NCBI GenBank assembly: GCA_964035575.1
Contig: OZ037836.1
Location: forward strand, 744,001-808,000
DNA: 64,000 nt
Direction: 5' to 3'
Source: Rhynchopus sp. YZ270_cl-10
Taxonomy: Eukaryota
Part shown: in pieces, positions 25,603 through 38,500 of the stretch
Layout of the letters: each line of letters opens with the position of its first letter
Position numbering within the stretch: the stretch's first letter is position 1
Notes under the pieces: generated by a model
Told to the model about the DNA's origin: nothing
The model's input: only the letters and a program-made list of their open reading frames with translations
Databases searched by the model: none
Translations under genes and position numbers: made by a program

Positions 25603-26975
25603 CCCTTTAGACCCCAAGCCGTTTTTTCGACCCACTTTTGAGTTTTGGTTTTTTGGGCTCTCCAACCGGTAAAGGGACCCCAGATGCAAATTTTTGATCG
25701 TACCTGGCCGCAATTGAAAGATTTTAAACACAGCTTCCAATTCCATTTTTTTAAGTTTTTTTTTGAAAAAAAATATTCCCCTCAAAATGAGGTAAGCATA
25801 AAATCCGCCTTTCGGTTTTTTACTCGTCCAGCAGAGCGAGGGAATACCCGTAAATTATAATTTATTGCTCTCCGAAAATAGCGTTATTTGAAAGATTCGC
25901 CACAAAATCTTTCCAAAGAAAAAAAAATTGAGCAAAAAGTCCTAGTAGAACCCAACTGAAATGAGTGCGGCTCTGTTAGCGACCATGTATAAAATCGATT
26001 TCCCTAACGATTTACACTGAAACACCACCACACACGCAAAAAAGCAATTTTTTCACGTTTTTGGGCATCTACAGGTCCGAAACACCCCCAGAATGGGTCA
26101 GAACGACCCTGTGTGCCGAAAATTCACAAAAAAAGCACCCTGCAATACGAAAAAATAGTGAAAACCCGGCTTATAGTGTGTTTTGGGTGGGAATAAGGCA
26201 AAGAATAGTCAGAAAAACAGTGATTTTGGTGGTGGTTCTCACGAACTTCCAAAGTGCATTCAGATGCACAAAAGTTTTCGATTGTTGCTTCTTTTGACAG
26301 ATTTGACATCAAATCTTTCCAAAAATGTAAAAATATTTTCACGAAAATGAGTAGAACCCCACTTACCAACCCTACTAGCCTTACGATCTTAGCAATGTTA
26401 ACCCCGTGATTTGGTGGTAAAATCTCACCAAAATCCGAGGAAATCACAGATGCATAAAAGTTTTCAATTTGGGCGTATTTTGAAAGCTGTGTGCGAAATC
26501 TTTCCACACAAAAAAAGTGTTTTCACGAAAACGAGTAGAATTTTTTTGATCACATGGAGGCTCTGAAAAGCGACTTTTCCCCGTACTTTTTCGCGCTCCC
26601 CCGCATCCAAGGAAAACCCAGATGCATAAAAGTGTTCATAGATGGCGTATTTTGAAAGATCGGTGAAAAATCTTTCAAAATATAAAAAAATGTTTTTCTG
26701 AAAATGAGTAGAACCCCAGTAATAGCCTAGTGGTATTAGGAGGGTTATTTCAGGGGGTGTTGGTCAAAAACATGATTTTCCGTGGCAGCTCCGCCTTCCC
26801 CCCAGCATCCAAAAAAAATACTAGGTGAACAAAACATTTCGATTCTTGCTTCTTTTGAAAGATCGGCGCAAAATCTTTCAAAATATAAAAAATGTTTTTC
26901 CAATTTTGAGTAGAACATTCCTAATTGTATGGCGCCATTCGGCTGGCCATATATGGCCACTTGGGGTCTAAAGGG
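25603..26975. mobile_element. piggyBac-like non-autonomous element, TTAA TSD
   Basis: TTAA|CCCTTTAGACCCCAAG ... CTTGGGGTCTAAAGGG|TTAA, with internal degenerate tandem repeats (aaatctttc...gagtagaac). Confidence 0.88.
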
Positions 26976-28998
26976 TTAAAACAAAAGGACGCATTGGAGG
27001 GGTAAAACCTACGTGGGGGTTTTTTTGGGGGGTTTTCCAAATCTTAAGAGTTTTTCCACCCTTGTTGGATTACTGCAAACTCGTTCGATGGTGTTAACTA
27101 GCAGCAAAATAGAGTACAATAATATAATGCCAAGATGACGCTCAGTAAGGGCCAAGCAGCGGCTAACCCTCAGACTCCGTATACCCAGTTCCCTCGCAGC
27201 AGCTACACTGCACAACCCACTCTTGTGGACAACGTGTCACGCAAGTGCGAATGATTATTACCGTATTCGTAAAAATTATCGTACCAATGTTCGACCTTTT
27301 CAGCATTTTTCTGAAAGTTGAAGCGAGACTTTTTGTACGGTCGAACATTTTTATGAATACGGTATCTTTTCGGGTGAGTGATAGACAAGAGCGCGCCCGT
27401 TGAAAAAAAAAAATTGAAAAATAATAAAACCTACATCCTTGGTGTGGCGGATTTTGCGGTTTTGGATGGCCCAAGAATGGCCCAAAAGGGGATCGTCTCG
27501 TCCGCCACACCAATCCTCGAACTTTTCTACACAAATGATTGCATTGAACACATCCCTTTTTTTGTTGGAGTAGTGCAGTTGCCTCGGTTGTGTTGCCACG
27601 TTTGTGCAATCTCCACTACAATATTTACTCTGAGTGTGTTTTTTTACCCCGTCTGTGAATGTCGGTAGAACTGAAGTCGGGGAACACAAAAGAGACAATG
27701 AATGTTAACAAAACAGAAAAAGAGAGACACAGTATTTAATCCGAATTGACACACACACACACACACACGTCCTGGGCTGGACGGTAAATTGCATCCGGGG
27801 GTATATGGCGCCTCCAGAAGCCCTATGAAGAACCCTGAGGGTTAAACGTCACCCCCCTTTTTACCCCTTTTGTTTTGTGACGGTCAGTCCAGTGGGCAAC
27901 CTGCATTGCACCTCGCAGGCCCCATTGCCACACCCTGGGTGGTGAAGTGTGCCGACTGTACAACTGCCCAAAGTCAGGCCAAGCTCATTGCACTGAGGGA
28001 GCTTGCCACATCCTCGGGTGAGGTGTGCTGCCTGGAAAGACATTCAACTTTTATTTAGCCATAGTACCTTTTTTCCGCAGAGACTGTTCAAAATGGTCAC
28101 AGGCGCCGCAGCTACACCACTAGTTGGTGTTTCATGGTAAGTGCGTCATACCGCCATGTATCACAGGGCAGGTGCCCGCGAAGATGAAAACCCCACAGGG
28201 TGAAGATCAAATCCTGATGTTGAATGACGGTTGGAGAAATTGATTTTGTATACCCCCCGCTCCAATCGTCCGCGAAGAACCCTCCCCCTTTTTATTTTAT
28301 TTTATTCGTAAGGAGTCACCTAAACCGTATCAATAAGCCGTAGCCTCTCCCTCAATATGGCTGGTAGAAGTGACAAGTGGGCCATACTCCGTTCAGGCGT
28401 TACCCACTCTAAACCCGTTATCAAACACACACACACACGATTCCATGGGGTGGATTCCAGGGGATGCGTCCATTGAAAATCACGTCGTGTAGAAGAGTTC
28501 AAGAATGTAGGTTTATTTCCTTACAACCGTACGCGTACCGCTTCGTCTGTTGTATACAAAAAAAATGAAAATTTGAGAACGTGTTGACAGTAGGCTTTTT
28601 TCGCATGAGCTCTGCCTCGTCTTCTCTATACAGCCCCAGGGAAGGGGAGACGCACCACCCTCTGCTCCATAGTACTATCATCCCACACGCACACGAAGAA
28701 CAGAAAGAAGACACAAACCAAAGACGTATAACAAAGTGAAGTTATTAATGCAGGCACCTCCGACTGACCCACGTACGATGCCAGCCATCCAGATGAAAGC
28801 ACAAGTACCCTGCGGCCAACAACAGAAGATGTAAAAAGGAAACCTAATGACTGGCCCGTACCGTAAGAGAACGAGGGCGGTACACAACCGCTCGACAGCC
28901 GGCGGCCCACCTTCCGTCGAAGAGTAAACAACAAAACACAAGGACACAAGCATGTAAGTGCCGTAATCGGAAAAATTGTCGACCGTAAATATGGCACG

Positions 28999-30271
28999 GT
29001 CCATAAACCACCCCCCCCAAAAGGTAACCTGGGGTCCTTATTTTTATTTCATGTGGGTTCTACTGGGACTTTCTCCCCGATTTTTTTTTTAATGAACTCA
29101 GAGTTAAGTTTCTGGGTTCAATAAAAAAAACGACGAGCAAAAAGTCCAATTGGAAATATGATGGATACCCCCCGAGAGCAAAATAAACCAACGGTAAAAA
29201 TTGGTACCCTTGGTTTCCTATAGGTTCCTATAGGAAACCTACATTTTCCCATAATTTCCCACACAACTTGCTTGACAACAGGATGAAAACAAATACAAAA
29301 ATGGCAAAAGTGAGTAAAACCGTGCAAGGGGCACTGGACTTTGCTAGGGCTCTGGGGGAAACGCAGTTCTCAGGGGAGAAGACTCGCAAGGAGGTTCTTG
29401 CCTACGCGAAGGCACGCAGTTGTTACCGTAGGGGTTTCGGGAAGACGTGTGGTTCAAAGCTTTATGGAAAGCGAGAGGAATATCCCTCATCCTTCACAGG
29501 AAGAACACCACCCGTGGGGGACGCGCGGTCCAACTGTATTTCTGCAGTAACCTGGATGAGTGTGTGGGTGTGCCATCAGAAGGTACGGAGGGGTGAACAA
29601 CGCGTATTTACCCCTTACAGCAAGGAGAATGGCAGCGGCGTCGTTGTCCGTGCCTCCAAACACGCGGAAGGCTTGTGCAAAACGTACCTTCTGATGGCAC
29701 ACCCACACACTCATCCAGGTTACTGCAGAAATACAGTTGGACCGCGCGTCCCCCACGGGTGGTGTTCTTCCTGTGAAGGATGAGGGATATTCCTCTCGCT
29801 TTCCATAAAGCTTTGAACCACACGTCTTCCCGAAACCCCTACGGTAACAACTGCGTGCCTTCGCGTAGGCAAGAACCTCCTTGCGAGTCTTCTCCCCTGA
29901 GAACTGCGTTTCCCCCAGAGCCCTAGCAAAGTCCAGTGCCCCTTGCACGGTTTTACTCACTTTTGCCATTTTTGTATTTGTTTTCATCCTGTTGTCAAGT
30001 AAGTTGTGTGGGAAATTATGGGAAAATGTAGGTTTCCTATAGGAACCTATAGGAAACCAAGGGTACCAATTTTTACCGTTGGTTTATTTTGCTCTCGGGG
30101 GGTATCCATCATATATCCAATTGGACTTTTTGCTCGTCGTTTTTTTTATTGAACCCAGAAACTTAACTCTGAGTTCATTAAAAAAAAAATCGGGGAGAAA
30201 GTCCCAGTAGAACCCACATGAAATAAAAATAAGGACCCCAGGTTACCTTTTGGGGGGGGTGGTTTATGGAC
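28999..30271. repeat. Large near-perfect palindrome (~587-bp arms, ~99-bp spacer), probable fold-back element
   Basis: 28999-29585 is the reverse complement of 29685-30271. Identical peptides appear on both strands in the ORF track. Confidence 0.92.
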
Positions 30272-31111
30272 TGACCCATATGCTCGACATAATGTTCGAC
30301 CTTTTCAGGATTTTTCTGGTTTAACCTTTTTGGTTGGTTTTTCTTCAAAACGTCCAGAAATGGATGTCAAAAAAAAAAGGAAATAACCCTTTTTCTAAAG
30401 AACAAGGAATGAGGTGAGTGCACAACAGAAGGGGAGGGGAATAAACAAAAAAGTCTTAAGACATTTGAATCATTTCCCGCAAAGTATTTTCCCTAATATG
30501 GTGTGGCTCATCCCAAAAATAAAGTGTAATTTCCCCCCCCCCCCCCCCCCCCCCTAGCACGACGGACTAGTTATGGCCATGACAGGTGATATGACAGGTG
30601 GTGTTACTAGTTATAAATATGACAGGTGATAATTGAATATTACTAGTAATATGACAGGTGGTACCTGTCAAAATGACAGGTACCACCTGTCATATGACAG
30701 GTGTTTTTGCCGGTGGCTATTGCCTCCCAGGGAAAGGGACTCTCGAATTTTTTTTTTGCCCCCTTTTTAGGGCGAATTTCGACGATTTGAGGCCATTAAA
30801 AGCAAAATTTGACACTTTTGAGCATCTATGGGGGTCTAAAACGCGATTTTGCGCACCACGATTTTTCGTGGGATTTACGAAAGACAAGTCAATTTTTGAC
30901 CCCAAAAAAATTCACAAAATTGCCCTCGGTGGTCCTCACCCCCACATGTCCTCAATACTGGGCGAAAAAATGCAAAAAAACGCAAAAATCGGGTGTTTTA
31001 ATCTGGGTGCACCAAATACACGGGAGTGCGGTACTAAGCCATAATCAGTTTTTCCGCGCTGAAGAATCCGATGAAGAATTCTTCAAAAAAAAAAAAAAAA
31101 GGTACAAATAA

Positions 31112-31448
31112 AGGGGCCCCCCGAATAAGTTCTTTATTTGGGGGGTGTTTGCTCGAAGAATAAAAGAAGTTATTTGGAATCGAAGTTATTTGGGGGGGAA
31201 GTTATTTGGGCAAACACCGTACCATAATTTTTTTTCGCCTGCGGCGCCATTATATATTGCTTTTTTTTGCTCCGCAAAAAAAAATACACAGTACCCTATC
31301 AGTTTGGGGGAAATTTTGAAAAATAAAAAAGGAAGTGGGAGGGGGCGAAGTTATTCGGTAACTTTTTCGGCACCTAAAATCTGGAAAAAAAAGAAGTTAT
31401 TTGGGAAAATACCTATTATTTGGGGGGGAACTTATTCGGGGGGCCCCT
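31112..31448. mobile_element. MITE nested in the CAC element (Harbinger-like)
   Basis: TIR AGGGGCCCCCCGAATAAGTTC with TAA/TTA flanks and internal AAGTTATTTGG repeats. Confidence 0.7.
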
Positions 31449-33772
31449 TTAAAAAAATTGAAGAGGTGGGCTGGGGCCCGAAGGGCCGCCCACCTCTTTC
31501 ATCTTCCTCCCAGCCTCCTCGCCCGAGCCATCTGCCGACTATTTCCTTCCGTTGCAACCCGACCTCGGAGATGACAAGGAGTGGGGAGAAGCTCCTGGTG
31601 GATCCGGCGAAGCCGGGGACAAGCAGAGAGGAGATGAAGACGCAACTGAAGAAGGAGTACGGGATAATGCGAGTTTGTGCGACTCGCCTTCTGACCCCCT
31701 GTTTCGTCTTGCGAAGATGAGCGGGCATTTTCGTGATTGAAGTTGGTGAAGACACGTCTCCGCTCACAAGTTGTCGACGAACCCCTTGCTGCACTTTTGC
31801 ATGCCAAGAACCATCCCGAGGGTACCTCAGTGAGGAGGTGTCCGCAGAGATTCTGCATCTCTTTGAATATCATATAGATCCACCCCACCCACCACCGTGC
31901 GAAAGTTCGGACCCTTTTTAGGCCAGGAATTCTAGTTTCTCCGCCGGAGGCCCAGAACTTCCGGCGCGCTACGCGCGCCGGGCTCGGGACGTATTTACCT
32001 TTTATGCACAAAATCACTATTCTTCATCAAAAATCCCGCTGCATTTTTTACAATGTACCCTAATTTTTTTCCAATCCAAAAAAATGGAAAAAGCCCGGGT
32101 GCCCGCCCACCCCTGCAAAAATCGACTTGTACAGCCATTGCTTTGGTGTGGGCTTGTTCACACCGGGCAGAGTGCGAGTTATTCTCAGCAACACGGCCCC
32201 GGCCCCCCAGATTTTTCCCGTAAGAAAACCACCTGCGCGAACCATAGGCATTTTTTGTCCTCCCTCAAGTGCTCCCTCGAACCTGGCGGGAGGGAGGGAA
32301 ATAGCTATTTACTGACGCAGTGGTGGGTTTGTATGTCCAATGATGTTCTCGTACCTGGAGAGTGGACCGAGTGCGAGGTATGTTTTTAACCCCCGGTTTT
32401 CACCACCCCCGCTCCCCCTTTTCGACATTGTCCCGCTCTGGATGTACGTCTCGCCTCCGGATGTAAATTGAAGCTATTTTTTCCCGCCCAAATTAGCGAC
32501 TCAGGATTTGTGCACCTCTATCTATCTCTTGTTGGGTGTCCACCCCGGTACAGCCGGTCATGTACCAAGGTACACTGTTCACGAGAGGGTTTTGTATTTC
32601 AAGTCAACTTTTTCTTTTTGTTCTAAATGTCACTTTTGTCCTCAATTTCTCTTAACAGGTACCCGAACCGACGACCCTTCATTGTGACAGCGAAGCAGTG
32701 CCGACGGACGAGCTGGTGCAAATATTTCAAAATCAGGTGGCGACCGAGACCACCCTAATGAAAAAGTCGGGTTTATAAACCAACTTTTCCATTAACCCAC
32801 CCCATAGACCACCCTAATTATTATGAAACTCTTAGTCAGTCACTGCTATAGCCATTAACCCAGGGAGCATAGCTAGTGCAAGAAATTCGACTTCGGGATC
32901 CGGAAAGTCTGTCCTCTGCTTGCGGAGGACTAGGCACAATAAAATATTGCGTTCCCCCAGAAACCAGTTTTTGTCACAGTAATTTTTGCCCAGGGCATGC
33001 TCTTGAAGCATGGCGGCTTGGTGTGAGAAGGGGCAGTGTGTTGTTTTGTTCTAGATTTCAACGGTTGTTAGAGCGAGTCAAGTGGATGCTTATCTAAACA
33101 CTGACTTTAGTACAGACCCGAGAGATCACACATGACTTTGAGGAAAGAACAAAGCAATGCATCTGTACCCGCACGCCAGGTTGTAGTTACTTCAGAATTT
33201 TCTTAAGTTTGCGCGAAAGAGAGCGGGGGCAACTCCTTTGTATCATAAGTCCGCTGTGCAGAACAAAGCTAGGAACCTTAAAACACTACCTGCGTGGTGG
33301 CTGAATTCACATCCCTTAGAATTACCAGAATTCAGCCTTTGTTGAAGTAACGTACATACTTGTATGTGCGTGTCACGCTTCTCCATCCTTAAATGGGTGC
33401 ACTGCTTCACTGCAGCGGGTAAGCCTCTCTCGACTAGTGCAAACTTAAGAATTTTCTGCTGTAACTTACCAAAATCGATTTTCTTTCACCCCAAACACCC
33501 GCAACACCCCACCTGCTACTTCGGTAGCCTGTGTTGTTGGGAGTTGGTTCTCATGTTGATCCCCAGTGTTTTGCACTGCTTCTTCTGAGCCCAACGCTGT
33601 TTGGCCTGTCGACGTAATAAATACGAAGACAGGGCGGCGGTGCCAACAATTTTCCGATGATGTAACGTTTATCTGATTGATTTATCGTTTGATATACCTT
33701 GTGTGCTACTTCATGCACACCCAAGAAAGGTTATTGAACGGTACTTTCAAGCGATACTTCGTTATGTCATTG

Positions 33773-34095
33773 GGGGTACCTGGGTACCTGGGTACCTGGG
33801 TACCTGGGTACCTGGGTACCTGGGTACCTGGGTACCTGGGTACCTGGGTACCTGGGTACCTGGGTACCTGGGTACCTGGGTACCTGGGTACCTGGGTACC
33901 TGGGTACCTGGGTACCTGGGTACCTGGGTACCTGGGTACCTGGGTACCTGGGTACCTGGGTACCTGGGTACCTGGGTACCTGGGTACCTGGGTACCTGGG
34001 TACCTGGGTACCTGGGTACCTGGGTACCTGGGTACCTGGGTACCTGGGTACCTGGGTACCTGGGTACCTGGGTACCTGGGCACCTGGGTACCTGT
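33773..34095. repeat. (GGTACCTG)n microsatellite, ~40 copies
   Basis: Directly visible 8-bp tandem repeat. Confidence 0.97.
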
Positions 34096-34155
34096 ATTTT
34101 GACATGTCATTTTACTAGTAAAATCACCTGTCATGGTCATAACTAGTCCGTCGTG

Positions 34156-35345
34156 AGGGGGTACGACTCCAGCCATTTTTTGCGCACGGAAAATTCATTT
34201 GGCATTATCTGGTCATCTCCAAGGCAACTGCGGGTGAAAAACACCCTCAGAGTGGGTCACAGGGGGCCTGTGGGTCGAAAAACGACCCAGAAGCCACCCC
34301 AGAATACAAAAAAATGGAAAAAAATAGTGAAAAAACGGCTTTTTTCACGTTTTGGCCACTTTGGGCAAAATAGCGATTTTTCGAGAAAAAAATCAAAAAC
34401 CGGGATATTTTTTGACATCACAAAGCCTCCTTTGGCACAAATATACCCCAAAAGTGGCCTGTGAGTCCATTCCAACCTGTTTTGGACATATTTGACACTT
34501 TTGGAAGTGTTTTTTTTGGTGTTTTTAGGTCAAAAAAATGCCCAAGACGTCCCCAAGACATCCCCAAGACACTTTGCACACCCCCTGTTACGGTCATATT
34601 TTTTTCGTTTTTTTGCCTGAAACCCCCAAAATACCCCTCCCGGACCCCACATAGTCCCGAATATCCATCACACACCCACTCAGAGTGAGTAGAAGCACCC
34701 CAAAAAAAATATTTTTTAAAGCCCTAAAATTGTGCTTCAGTTTCGGCAGCATCCATGTTGAAGTTGAAGGGCTTTAAAAAATATTTTTTTTGGGGTGCTT
34801 CTACTCACTCTGAGTGGGTGTGTGATGGATATTCGGGACTATGTGGGGTCCGGGAGGGGTATTTTGGGGGTTTCAGGCAAAAAAACGAAAAAAATATGAC
34901 CGTAACAGGGGGTGTGCAAAGTGTCTTGGGGATGTCTTGGGGACGTCTTGGGCATTTTTTTGACCTAAAAACACCAAAAAAACACTTCCAAAAGTGTCAA
35001 ATATGTCCAAAACAGGTTGGAATGGACTCACAGGCCACTTTTGGGGTATATTTGTGCCAAAGGAGGCTTTGTGATGTCAAAAAATATCCCGGTTTTTGAT
35101 TTTTTTCTCGAAAAATCGCTATTTTGCCCAAAGTGGCCAAAACGTGAAAAAAGCCGTTTTTTCACTATTTTTTTCCATTTTTTTGTATTCTGGGGTGGCT
35201 TCTGGGTCGTTTTTCGACCCACAGGCCCCCTGTGACCCACTCTGAGGGTGTTTTTCACCCGCAGTTGCCTTGGAGATGGCCAGATAATGCCAAATGAATT
35301 TTCCGTGCGTTTGGTCCCAGCCAAAATGGCTGGAGTCGTATCCCC
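34156..35345. mobile_element. Palindromic fold-back element (~570-bp arms, 42-bp spacer), TA TSD
   Basis: 34156-34725 is the reverse complement of 34768-35345. Removing 30558-34155 and one AG restores TA|GGGGGTACGAC...GTCGTATCCCC|TA inside a poly-C run. Confidence 0.88.
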
Positions 35346-35527
35346 TACCCCCCCCCCCCCCCCGACCCCCAAAAAGTTCCTTTAGTAAAATAACTTTTAC
35401 CAAAAACAGCCAAAAAATAAAGTGTAAGTTATGTACCTCTTTTGGGATTATTTTGTGGCGTACTTGGGGGGGTGTTTTGAGCCTCGCCATTAATATATAA
35501 AAACACCCCCAAGCCACCTAGACTAGG

Positions 35528-38500
35528 CTAGTGCATGGTGATGCGCACAGGTGTGAAGCTCTTTGCCTGCCACGCGTCGCGGAAGCGTTCGTACACAGGC
35601 CCCTCGCCTGTTGCAAACAGCGCCTGTGCCTCTGCTTCGAGGCCGTGTTCCTGTGTGTGGTGGTTTGTGTGTGAGGGTGTGACTAGGTCGAGCTGTGTGA
35701 TGCGAAGGGCTGTTAACAATGGTGTGCACATGAAGTACAAATGATGGTTTGTATGAGTCATGTTGGAGAGACACGAAGAAGGCACAGTCGTTCCAATATG
35801 CGTCAAGGTCAGTAATGGACATTGTCACAACAACTGTCTTCTTGGTACGTGTCTATGTGTTCACTCCAGAAATATCGGAATAACAACATTACAATATATG
35901 TAAAGTGCTAGCCTCGGGATATATGTGAGGCACACAACAAATCCAAAAGTAGCTCAGTGCCACATACCTCAAACAGTCCTTTCATTATTAACGAGACGAC
36001 AGCGTTCCAGTGGCGTGTCGGGTCCTTCTTCGCAGCCTCCTCCAGCTGGTACATCCATTCCGCTGTGGTTGCCAAATCGTGACCTCCAACCAACTCAAAC
36101 AGACACAGCTCCGTCGGAAGCTTCCTGAACGTGACCCCATCAACAATGCGCAACACAAACGACGTCTCCACCTCTGCATACACGAACTGATCCGTAAGCA
36201 CACCAAACTCACGCTCCCTGCAGTACCGCTCCAGCGCATATGCCCACGAGATTGTAGGTGACAGGAACGAAAACCTGCGCATCACAGACGTGCCCATGTT
36301 CCCGACACGTCCCTCCCCAGTCACAACTGACGCAGTCGTGTCCACACCCAGCTTCTTCGCAGTTTCACGGCAGAGATGCGCAGCAGTGCACGCATGCACT
36401 CGATGGTTGCCCACATGTGTCGCAGCGTTGAACGAACACGCGAACCTGTCACCTGTGAACGGCTCCGTCACACCCTTCTGCTTCGAGAACACAGCAACGA
36501 AGACCTCCAGCAGGTTCGAGTGCAGCTCCAGCACCTCTGTGTCGGGCTTGTCCTCGCAGTGTCCGTGGAAGTCCTTGATGTTCACGACTGTGTAGGAGAA
36601 GCGTTTGTGCACCACTGCACACAGGAACGGATGCCCAGGTGCTCTGTCCTTGCGTTGAGATGAATCCTCCTTTTTGTGTGACAACGATGAACGTTCTGAG
36701 CGACGTGATGCTGACAACCGTGACATACTCAGGTTGTCCGAGACGTCCACATCAGTGCTGATATCACCAAGCTGCACAGACTGCGGCATAAAGCTCTTGT
36801 ACAGCTTCAGGTTCACAAGCATGTGCCCAATAGCGTGGTTCATCGTGCGCAGCTCACTGATGACCGACGTCTCGTCAGGAACGGTGCTGATCTTCAGCAC
36901 CGCTGCCTTGGCCATAAGCACCGCAGTGTCCTCAAACGGACGTGTCAGCACGTTGTTGAAGAGCATGAACACCACAACAGACGCCATCACCAGCGCCACC
37001 ATCACAAGGATCGTTCTGTTCGCCTTCTGCCGCAGTGCCTTGTTCGTGTTCTTCTCAAGAACGTCCAGATCCTGCAGTGTCCGCATGTTCGTCGCGTCGA
37101 TCTTCCGCAGAATGTCCTCACGTGGGATCATCGTCGCAACGGTAAAGGGCTCCATCTCTCGTGTGTCGGAGTTTGTGTCAAACGTCCGTGTCTGCACAAG
37201 GAAGGACTTGCTCACGGGGTTGCGTCTCACTTCATCAGAAGCATGCAGGAAGTGTGGCGTGTCTGGGAAGTACCTCCGCACAAAGGTCAGGCTGTCGATG
37301 CGACCCTTGAAGAACTGTCCCACGTAGAACGGGTTTGCATGGTTACGTGTGCGCTCACCAAGTTCTATTAGACCACGTGAGTCAGTGCCGTAAGCATGAA
37401 GTGTGCCGTTCACGTACAAGCTGCAACGTCCACCACCCATCACAGCTGTCACCGTTGTCCACGCACCCACAGGGAAGCCACGTCTCCCAAAGGCATCCAC
37501 GTAAGGTGCTGTGCTGCACCCATACTGCAGAACAAACAGATAGATCTGCCCGTTCCCAAACAGACGGAAGTTCGTCTCCCCCACAAGCGAGTCTGTGAAC
37601 AGACGAGGTGTGGTTGCACTTGGTGATGCTTCGTCGTACAGCACATCAGGCCTGATGCGCATGCTCACCATGAACTCCGTGTAGCGTGTGAAGTCTGGAC
37701 GCAACATGCACTTCAGCACGGAGGCTGTGCTGGTTGTGTTCACAACACGCGAGGCAACACAACGACGTCCGTCTGCATGCACAAGCTCCGCATCGAACCC
37801 GTCGTACTTGCTCTTCCACGGCTCCCCTGCTGCACTCGCACGTGACCGCTCCACAACTGGCGCCTGCCGTGTCAGGTTCCTGTACACGTACTGCACCGTC
37901 GACCCGTCAAACTCAAGCACGTCCTTTCCACGCTGTGTGTCGTGCACAACACAGTTCCCACACCCACCGTCACGCACCCCCGTTTCCCAGTGGTGCATGC
38001 TCGTGTCCACAGCAGCACCGTTCTCCACACTGAACATTGCGAGTGTTGTGTGCGGCGACTCTATCCAGTAATCAGCCTGGTCGAACTCCCCGTAGTGCTG
38101 CACCCATCTGTCCTCTGCTGGCGTTGCTGCTGCACCCGCGTCCAGGTAACGTGCAAGGCCACTCACATGCATCACAGGTGACTCGCCAATGGTGTACAAG
38201 GCGTACACACTCCTCAAGGTTGGCGCGTACGACACCACCACAAGTTCCCTGTCTTTTGCTGTCCCGGTGTTGAAGCCACCCAGAAGCGCTCTGTCGTGTC
38301 TGTCCACCACAAGCACAGTCATGTTCGCCAGGCTTGAGCCTCCAAGCCGTGCTGTGTCAATGGCCAAGGCAATGAAGTCCTCAAGACTCTCCTGCACAGC
38401 AATCGTCCCGTGGTACGGCATTGTGCTGCCCTCCATGTTCGACCCGGTCAGTGCCATGTAGGCAACAATCGGTGGCTTGTAGTTCCAGAGCACGGAGTAG

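Larger units (their letters stand above)
30558..34155. mobile_element. CMC/EnSpm-like non-autonomous element (CAC..GTG termini, 2-bp TSD AG)
   Basis: TIR CACGACGGACTAGTTATG(G/A)CCATGACAGGTGAT with AG on both flanks and subterminal TGACAGGT repeats. Confidence 0.82.

Noticed and set aside
27167..27841. Second piggyBac-like element (CCCTCAG...CTGAGGG)
   Set aside because: Only a 7-bp TIR and mismatched CTAA/TTAA flanks, which is too weak to call.
31480..31920. Possible gene in the CAC element
   Set aside because: Interrupted by stops, with no recognisable motif. At most a decayed fragment.
33677..34176. ORFs with VPGYLGTW / PGTQVPRY repeats
   Set aside because: Translations of an 8-bp microsatellite, open in all frames.
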